Positions 57,634-64,000 of a DNA stretch of 64,000 nt are shown here, piece by piece (position 1 is the first letter of the stretch; every line of letters starts with the position of its first letter). The stretch comes from Sphingobacteriia bacterium (GTDB lineage: Bacteria > Bacteroidota > Bacteroidia > Chitinophagales > Chitinophagaceae): contig JBAXUV010000010.1 in the NCBI GenBank assembly GCA_037129425.1, positions 25,810 to 89,809 of the forward strand, in the 5' to 3' direction. The notes beneath the pieces are model-generated. The model was given only the letters and a program-made list of their open reading frames with translations. It did no database searches and was not told where the DNA came from. The position numbers and the translations under genes are program-made.

Positions 57634-60600
57634 ATGAAAAAAATTTACTCAACTATTTTTAATGCAAAAAAATCATTTGGCATTTCCATTGCCTTATGTG
57701 TTTTTGCTTTAAGTTCTTTAAACCTTTCTGCTCAAGTGAGTGGAAATGTATTTAGAGATTATAATGCTACCGGAATAAAAGAATCAGGTAGCGGTTACAA
57801 TGAACCTAACGTTCCAGGTATTACTGTTAAAGCATATAATGCTGCAGGAACAGTCCTTGCCACCACTACAACTGGCGCTAATGGAAATTATAGTTTTACA
57901 GCTGGTCAAATTCCAGCAGCAACTAAAGTTCGTTTAGAATTTACTGGTTGGATGTCAGAAGACTATCCTGGAGCTTATGGTACCGATAATAAAACAAGTG
58001 TTCAATTTGTTACAGCTCCAAATAACACTGCCAATTTTGCGATTAATTATCCTGGAGATTATGTGGACGCACCTAATGCAAGAATTATTGTTCCATCGTA
58101 TACCAATGGTAATAACCAAATTCCTGGTGCTTGGCCAGCAGCATCCGGTGCAGATAATACCTACGCTTTTAATTATGGAAGTGGTGCAGCCGCTAATATA
58201 ATTAGTGATATGGGACAAATTGGATCTGTTTGGGCTACAGCATATAGTAGAAAAGCAGACAAATTATTCTATGCAGCTTTTGTAAAAAGACATGTATCGC
58301 TAGGACCTCTTGGCATGAATGGAATCTATGTTACTACAGGAGCTAAAGCAATAACTACCAAGACCAACACTGGTAACTTCGTTAATCTAAATGCGATCAA
58401 TCCAGCATTTGATGCAGGTTCTTTACCTGGTAGATCTTTTTCTCCTGGTAACCAATTTAGAAATCAGGCCAATAGGGATGATATGACTGGTGGCAATGTG
58501 TTTGACGAAGTAGGTAAAAAAGGTATTGGCGGAATGACTATTTCAGATGATGGAAGATATTTGTATATCATCAATTTGAATGATCGCAAATTATGGAGAG
58601 TAGATATTGGTGTTAATGGAACTGCTCCCACTTTAGCTTCTCAAATTGTAGCATATAATGCATTTCCTGTAGTGGCTGGAAACAGCACATTCAGACCATT
58701 TGCAGTTAAATTTTATAGAGGAGCTATTTATGTTGGTGGTGTATTAGATGGAGTAAAACCTGATAACTCTTCGGTGAATAGAAGTGAATTGAAAGCGGTT
58801 GTATTAAAAGTGAGTGCTACTGTAACACCAGGCTCAGAAACTTTTACAACTGTATTGGATGCTCCACTTACTTATCAGCGTAGGGCAAATATAAATACTG
58901 GATTTGGAGTAAATAAAAATACCAATTATACTGATCCTAATGGAACGATTGCTGCTGCCACACTATGCCAAGGTTCATGGCATCCATGGGCTAGAAATTT
59001 TTCTGAAGTAGTTATTCCTCCAGGATCTGATAAAATTATTTACCCTCAACCTATGTTGAGCTCTTTGGATTTTGACCCTGCAGATGGATCAATGATATTG
59101 GGAATCACTGATAGAACTGGTCATCAGGCTGGAAACCAAAATTTAGGACCAACTAGTATCGGAAATAATACTTTGTATACTTCTAATTCCGCTGGTGATA
59201 TCTTGAAAGCAGCCAACAATGGTACTTATTCCAGTTTTACATTAGAAAGTAATGGAACAAATGGAGCTTATACTACAAGCGGTGCTGGTAACAATGAAGG
59301 ACCTGGTGGTGGTGAGTTTTTCTATACAGATCGTTATGAAAATGGAGTAGGTGGTGCTTTGGGAATTGGAAATACAGCCAATGGATCTAACCCAGGTACT
59401 TCTCATGAAGAAACCAGTACTGGTAGTATTGCTATGTTCCCAGGTAAAGAATTAATAGCCACTGCATTTGACCCGATTGATAACTGGTTTACAGGTGGTG
59501 TTCGCTATTATTCTTCTACAGATGGTATTGCTAAAGATGGTAAAGTATTGTACTTAGGTGCAAGTGTAGAATATTTTGGTAAAGCAAATGGTTTAGGTGA
59601 TTTAGAAATTATTTCTGCACCAGCACCAATTGAAATCGGTAACCGTGTTTGGTTCGATGCAAATGCCAATGGTGTTCAGGATGCCGATGAAAATGGAATT
59701 GCTGGTGTTACTGTTCAATTAACTTCTAATACTCCTCCATATAGTCCATCTTTATATACAGTTATTGCAACTGCAGTTACTGATGCGAATGGAAATTATA
59801 TTTTCTCTTCGGATGCAAGTAAAACTTCAACTGGTTCAGAGAAATATGGTATTGCTCAGTTCACAGACCCTATCAATAATTTTAGGGTTCAAATACCAAA
59901 CCTTCCTGGAAGCACAACTGTTCAAGCTCCATTGGTTGGATATGATGTTACCTTAAAAGATAATGGAGGTGCCGATGCTAACGCAGATGAAAGAGACAAT
60001 GATGCCAATGCTTGGAATGAATTTGGTACTAATAATATTGCGGTAATTTATTTCACTACAGGCGGAATTGCTGGTGCTAACAACCATAGCTACGATTTTG
60101 GATTTGCAACAGCAGGTTCAGTTGGTGGTGGTGGAGGTGGTGGTGTTGAAAGCAAGAGCTTAGGCGACGCAATTGCCCTTCGTGTATATAACAAAGCAAT
60201 CAACAGTATTGCAGAAAAGGCAGATTATAGCAAAATGCCTTCGGCAGAAAGAACAGGAAATATTGTTAGCAATGCAACTGGAACTCAGTTGAAATTAACT
60301 GATATTTTACCTCGTCAATTAGCCAACTATAATTTTAAATCTTTTGTATCAACACCTAAAGATTTAATTGGTATTACCAATGCAAAAGATGTATTATCAA
60401 TTGACTTTGTAAACGAGAATACACCAAAAGCGGTTGCATTTGGTACACAAACTCAAGGTGAAGTATATGATCATACCAAGGCAATTTGTGATCGTTTGAA
60501 AGGATATGAATTGGTAGGAATGCAAAATGTTACAGTTAAAGGGATCAACATGGTTCAATATAACCTAAGAAACAATGATGGTAATATTGAATATGCAATG

Positions 60601-61839
60601 AGCTTTATCATAGGCGCCAAAACAGGAAGAAATAGTTATACCATTCAATCAAATTGGTTGAATAAAGATTATACTGTTGATGAAACCATGTACAATATTC
60701 AACTTTGGGGTGGTTCTCCTGTTCTTGCTACAGATATGGCAGCTGATATCATTACTCGCTTAACTGCTGGTTTACCAGTGAATGAAATCAAAAGCAATGC
60801 TGGTTTACCAAAAACATATATTACTGCTGGTAAACGTGTAGAAGACAACCTTTCATTGACTATTAATAATGTTACTTCTGCAACTAGTGGCTATTTTGAA
60901 GTATCAGATAGAGCAACTGAAAACACTACTGTATATACGAAGCGTACTGTTCCATTTACAGTAAATGGTAATGGCAAAACAACTATAGCTCTCCCAACCG
61001 GAGACTTATATGAGTCTACCATCAAATTGTATATGAATGGAGTTATTCAAGATGAAGTATTCATGGCTGATGGATCTTGGGGTGTTGATTATAATACCAA
61101 TACAACAAGTGTTAAGAAATTTGAAGTAAAGAATAGTACAGCACAATTAGCAAAAGATGAATTCCATCTTTTCAGAAATGTAGATGTGAATGCAACTACA
61201 CCTGACTTAATTGGAGTATACAAATTATTAAGAGGTGGTGGAGCTCCACAAGATTTAAGTGCATTCAAAACATTGAAAATTACTGCAGCTGGTAATTCAG
61301 TATTAACAGTTACTTTGGTAAAACAATCTATTACCAATTGGGCTGATCAATATACTTATCAGTTCTCAGTGAATAAGGATGCAACTGATTTCTTAATCCC
61401 ATTGACCGACTTTAAATCTTCAGGATCTAATAAACCAATTGATCCAAAAGATATCACCACTATGATTGTTGCATTAGGAACTACTTCTGCAGGAAAAAAT
61501 GCCAATGTTGAAGTTTCATTAAGCAATGTTTCATTTACTAAAGAAGATATAGGCTATATCAGAAGTTTATCTGCAAAAGATGTTACTGCATATCCTAATC
61601 CATCTAAAGGAACATTTAACCTTAAGTTTAAAGCAGATAAAGATTATGCGCTTACTTTAAAAGTTACAGAAGCTGGAACAGGCAATGTAATAATGAGTCA
61701 AGCAATAAATGCTACAAAAGGTGAAAACTCTGTACCGGTGAATTTAAACATCAACAAAGGTCAAAAAATGTACATCATTAGTCTTGATGGAAGCAATGTA
61801 AAATACAAAGCGACCAAATTGGTAATGGGTAAGGATTAA
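57634..61839 (+). CDS. T9SS cargo protein: SdrD-B-like repeats + large central domain + conserved ~570-aa module + T9SS CTD
   Basis: The track ORF starts at 57382, but the ATG at 57634 gives a signal peptide ([34 protein letters not shown]). SdrD B-like blocks: [20 protein letters not shown] and [41 protein letters not shown]: [14 protein letters not shown]... Confidence 0.85.
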   Translation: MKKIYSTIFNAKKSFGISIALCVFALSSLNLSAQVSGNVFRDYNATGIKESGSGYNEPNVPGITVKAYNAAGTVLATTTTGANGNYSFTAGQIPAATKVRLEFTGWMSEDYPGAYGTDNKTSVQFVTAPNNTANFAINYPGDYVDAPNARIIVPSYTNGNNQIPGAWPAASGADNTYAFNYGSGAAANIISDMGQIGSVWATAYSRKADKLFYAAFVKRHVSLGPLGMNGIYVTTGAKAITTKTNTGNFVNLNAINPAFDAGSLPGRSFSPGNQFRNQANRDDMTGGNVFDEVGKKGIGGMTISDDGRYLYIINLNDRKLWRVDIGVNGTAPTLASQIVAYNAFPVVAGNSTFRPFAVKFYRGAIYVGGVLDGVKPDNSSVNRSELKAVVLKVSATVTPGSETFTTVLDAPLTYQRRANINTGFGVNKNTNYTDPNGTIAAATLCQGSWHPWARNFSEVVIPPGSDKIIYPQPMLSSLDFDPADGSMILGITDRTGHQAGNQNLGPTSIGNNTLYTSNSAGDILKAANNGTYSSFTLESNGTNGAYTTSGAGNNEGPGGGEFFYTDRYENGVGGALGIGNTANGSNPGTSHEETSTGSIAMFPGKELIATAFDPIDNWFTGGVRYYSSTDGIAKDGKVLYLGASVEYFGKANGLGDLEIISAPAPIEIGNRVWFDANANGVQDADENGIAGVTVQLTSNTPPYSPSLYTVIATAVTDANGNYIFSSDASKTSTGSEKYGIAQFTDPINNFRVQIPNLPGSTTVQAPLVGYDVTLKDNGGADANADERDNDANAWNEFGTNNIAVIYFTTGGIAGANNHSYDFGFATAGSVGGGGGGGVESKSLGDAIALRVYNKAINSIAEKADYSKMPSAERTGNIVSNATGTQLKLTDILPRQLANYNFKSFVSTPKDLIGITNAKDVLSIDFVNENTPKAVAFGTQTQGEVYDHTKAICDRLKGYELVGMQNVTVKGINMVQYNLRNNDGNIEYAMSFIIGAKTGRNSYTIQSNWLNKDYTVDETMYNIQLWGGSPVLATDMAADIITRLTAGLPVNEIKSNAGLPKTYITAGKRVEDNLSLTINNVTSATSGYFEVSDRATENTTVYTKRTVPFTVNGNGKTTIALPTGDLYESTIKLYMNGVIQDEVFMADGSWGVDYNTNTTSVKKFEVKNSTAQLAKDEFHLFRNVDVNATTPDLIGVYKLLRGGGAPQDLSAFKTLKITAAGNSVLTVTLVKQSITNWADQYTYQFSVNKDATDFLIPLTDFKSSGSNKPIDPKDITTMIVALGTTSAGKNANVEVSLSNVSFTKEDIGYIRSLSAKDVTAYPNPSKGTFNLKFKADKDYALTLKVTEAGTGNVIMSQAINATKGENSVPVNLNINKGQKMYIISLDGSNVKYKATKLVMGKD
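60121..61839 (+). repeat. paralogous protein module, copy 2 (Gly7 linker, [10 protein letters not shown] ... T9SS CTD)
   Basis: Collinear with 51060-52769 and in the same orientation. Confidence 0.8.
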
Positions 61840-61859
61840 TTCAAACTATATAAATGTAT

Positions 61860-61888
61860 AAAGCGCTCCAATCGGGGCGCTTTTTTTA
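61860..61888 (+). terminator. intrinsic terminator after the 1401-aa gene
   Basis: Stem gcgctcc (61863-61869) with ggggcgc (61874-61880), followed by a T7 run. Confidence 0.7.
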
Positions 61889-62002
61889 TGTCTATGCTGT
61901 TTCTAAAATAGGGATAACGAAGTTGTGAACAAATTAAAATAAATTATATGTATTTATTTTTACCCTTTTTATGCCCAAAATTTGATTTTCCTTCTGTGTT
62001 AA

Positions 62003-62034
62003 TTGACAGTTTAATATAAAAAGCTTTATTTTTG
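62003..62034 (+). promoter_or_regulatory. promoter of the glutamine synthetase gene
   Basis: TTG (62003-62005), a 21-nt spacer, then TATTTTTG (62027-62034), 22 nt upstream of the ATG. Confidence 0.45.
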
Positions 62035-62056
62035 ACTCGAAAAAACACGAAAACTT

Positions 62057-64000
62057 ATGTCTTTAAGATTTAATGCAATTAGCAACATCTCCAAAGAAAA
62101 TGATGGCTTAGCATCAAAACCTAGTACAAAAATTACCGGAATTTTCGGGGAAAGTGTATTTACGCTCAAAACCGCACGTGAATTTTTAAGCGATGAAGCT
62201 TATAAAAGTTTAATCACCAGCATTCGAGGTGGCAAAAAAATTGATAGAAATGTTGCCAGTCAAATCGCCAATGGAATTAGAGCTTGGGCAGAGAGCAAAG
62301 GTGTAACACACTATACACACTGGTTTCAACCCTTAACAGGAACCACAGCAGAAAAGCATGATTCGTTTTTTACTTTAAAAAGTGATGGTACTGCAATCGA
62401 AGAATTTGACGGTGCTGCATTAATTCAGCAGGAACCAGATGCATCTTCATTCCCGAGTGGTGGATTAAGAGCTACTTTCGAAGCACGCGGATATACAGCA
62501 TGGGATCCTTCTTCTCCTGCTTTTATCATTGAAACTGGTGATGGAAGAACATTGTGTATTCCTACTATTTTCGTTTCTTATACTGGTGAATCTTTAGATT
62601 ATAAAGCTCCTTTATTAAAAGCGTTAGAGTCTTTGAATAAATCTGCAGTTGAAGTATGTAATTATTTCGACAAGAATGTTACTAAAGTAACTGCTACTTT
62701 GGGATGGGAACAAGAATATTTTGTTATAGACGAAGCATTGGCAAATGCTCGCCCCGATTTAGTGCAAAGCGGCAGAACTGTATTTGGTGCTGCTCCAGCT
62801 AAAGGTCAACAATTAGAAGATCATTATTTTGGATCTATCCCTGAGAGAGTTTACGCATTTATGCGCGACTACGAAGCAGAAGCATATAAATTAGGCATTC
62901 CTTTAAGAACGCGCCACAATGAAGTTGCACCTGCACAATTTGAGTGTGCTCCTATTTTTGAAGAAGTAAATATTGCGGTTGACCATAACACACTACTAAT
63001 GGATGTTATGAGTCGTGTTGCAAAAAGACATAAGCTCGTTGTATTGTTGCATGAAAAACCATTTGCAGGTATTAATGGAAGTGGTAAGCACAATAACTGG
63101 AGTATGGCTACAGATACAGGTGTGAATTTATTAGCACCAGGAAAAACGCCAAAGACCAATTTAATGTTCCTTACTTTCTTTGTGAATACCATTAAAGCAG
63201 TTCATGATTATGCCGATATTTTACGTGCTGCAATTGCATCTGCCCCTAACGATCATCGTTTAGGTGCCAATGAAGCTCCACCAGCAATCATTTCTGTTTT
63301 TGTTGGTCAATATTTAGCAAAGGTATTAGCTGATGTAGAAACAAGGGTTGGGCATAAATTTGATGAACAAGATGAAGCTATCTTAAAATTGGATTTACAT
63401 CGTAGCATTCCGGAATTGATGTTAGACAATACAGATCGTAACAGAACATCTCCTTTTGCTTTTACTGGAAATAAATTTGAGTTCCGTGCTGTAGGTTCTT
63501 CTGCAAACTGTGCTATCTCAATGACTGTATTGAATACCATTGTAGCAGATACATTGAGAAAATTCAAAATTGATGTAGATGCATTAATTGAAAAAGGCGA
63601 CAAGAAAGAAATTGCCATTATGCATGTAATTCAGAAATACATTGTAGAAAGTAAAAAAGTTTTATTCGAAGGAGATGGATATAGCGATGATTGGCATCAT
63701 GAAGCTGAACGCAGAGGTTTGCCTAATTTAAAAACTACTCCAGTTGCATTAGATGCAATGGTTACTGAAAAAGCAAAGCATTTATTTGAAACCAATAATG
63801 TGTATTCTCACACTGAGTTAGAAGCTCGTCATGAAATAGAATTAGAGAAGTACATCAAGAAGGTACAGATTGAAGCAAGAATCATGGGCGATCTAGCAAT
63901 CAATCATATTTTACCTGCGGCAATTAAATATCAAAATGATTTATTGACCAATGTAAATGGTTTAAAAGCTGCTGGTTTACCAGAATCTGCATATGCAAGT
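62057..64000 (+). CDS. glnN: type III glutamine synthetase (GlnN), 3' end off the window
   Basis: Absent from the track because no stop lies in the window. My translation from the ATG at 62057 is MSLRFNAISNISKENDG...THYTHWFQPLTG...NEVAPAQFECAPIFE...LHEKPFAGINGSGKHNNWS, typical GSIII blocks. The frame stays open to 64000. Confidence 0.9.
   Translation, partial: MSLRFNAISNISKENDGLASKPSTKITGIFGESVFTLKTAREFLSDEAYKSLITSIRGGKKIDRNVASQIANGIRAWAESKGVTHYTHWFQPLTGTTAEKHDSFFTLKSDGTAIEEFDGAALIQQEPDASSFPSGGLRATFEARGYTAWDPSSPAFIIETGDGRTLCIPTIFVSYTGESLDYKAPLLKALESLNKSAVEVCNYFDKNVTKVTATLGWEQEYFVIDEALANARPDLVQSGRTVFGAAPAKGQQLEDHYFGSIPERVYAFMRDYEAEAYKLGIPLRTRHNEVAPAQFECAPIFEEVNIAVDHNTLLMDVMSRVAKRHKLVVLLHEKPFAGINGSGKHNNWSMATDTGVNLLAPGKTPKTNLMFLTFFVNTIKAVHDYADILRAAIASAPNDHRLGANEAPPAIISVFVGQYLAKVLADVETRVGHKFDEQDEAILKLDLHRSIPELMLDNTDRNRTSPFAFTGNKFEFRAVGSSANCAISMTVLNTIVADTLRKFKIDVDALIEKGDKKEIAIMHVIQKYIVESKKVLFEGDGYSDDWHHEAERRGLPNLKTTPVALDAMVTEKAKHLFETNNVYSHTELEARHEIELEKYIKKVQIEARIMGDLAINHILPAAIKYQNDLLTNVNGLKAAGLPESAYAS

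Noticed and set aside
62869-63618. Minus-strand ORFs 62869-63192 and 63307-63618
   Set aside because: They lie antisense to the clearly conserved type III glutamine synthetase frame, which the track omits because it runs off the window.

Overview
Low-GC Bacteroidota chromosomal segment, judged from three T9SS C-terminal sorting domains, TAnnTTTG -7 promoter boxes and short SD-poor leaders. Left third: a partial AcrB/AcrA-type RND efflux pair and housekeeping genes. These are followed by the complete S10-spc ribosomal protein cluster (rpsJ ... rplO-secY-map, minus strand), preceded by fusA and rpsL-rpsG. A TetR plus small-secreted-protein cassette splits the str region into separately terminated units, and the cluster stops at map (no infA...rplQ). 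Middle: housekeeping genes (ilvE, rdgB, aroE, ComA-like, yidC, pyrG, proC, hldD-like, purL) interleaved with hypothetical exported proteins. Right third (50.3-61.8 kb) looks accessory. Two giant T9SS cargo proteins that share a ~570-aa C-terminal module bracket a tight four-gene operon (three exported proteins plus a regulator). The operon encodes a propeller-like protein, a MauG/CcpA-family di-haem enzyme, a copper-amine-oxidase-like protein and a LuxR-type response regulator. The oxidase-like protein keeps the N-Y-x-Y cofactor motif but has no H-x-H copper site. This operon is my best candidate for an undescribed system. The window ends in a partial type III glutamine synthetase. I saw no rRNA, tRNA, CRISPR array or transposase. 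All homology calls are by-eye motif recognition; no searches were run.
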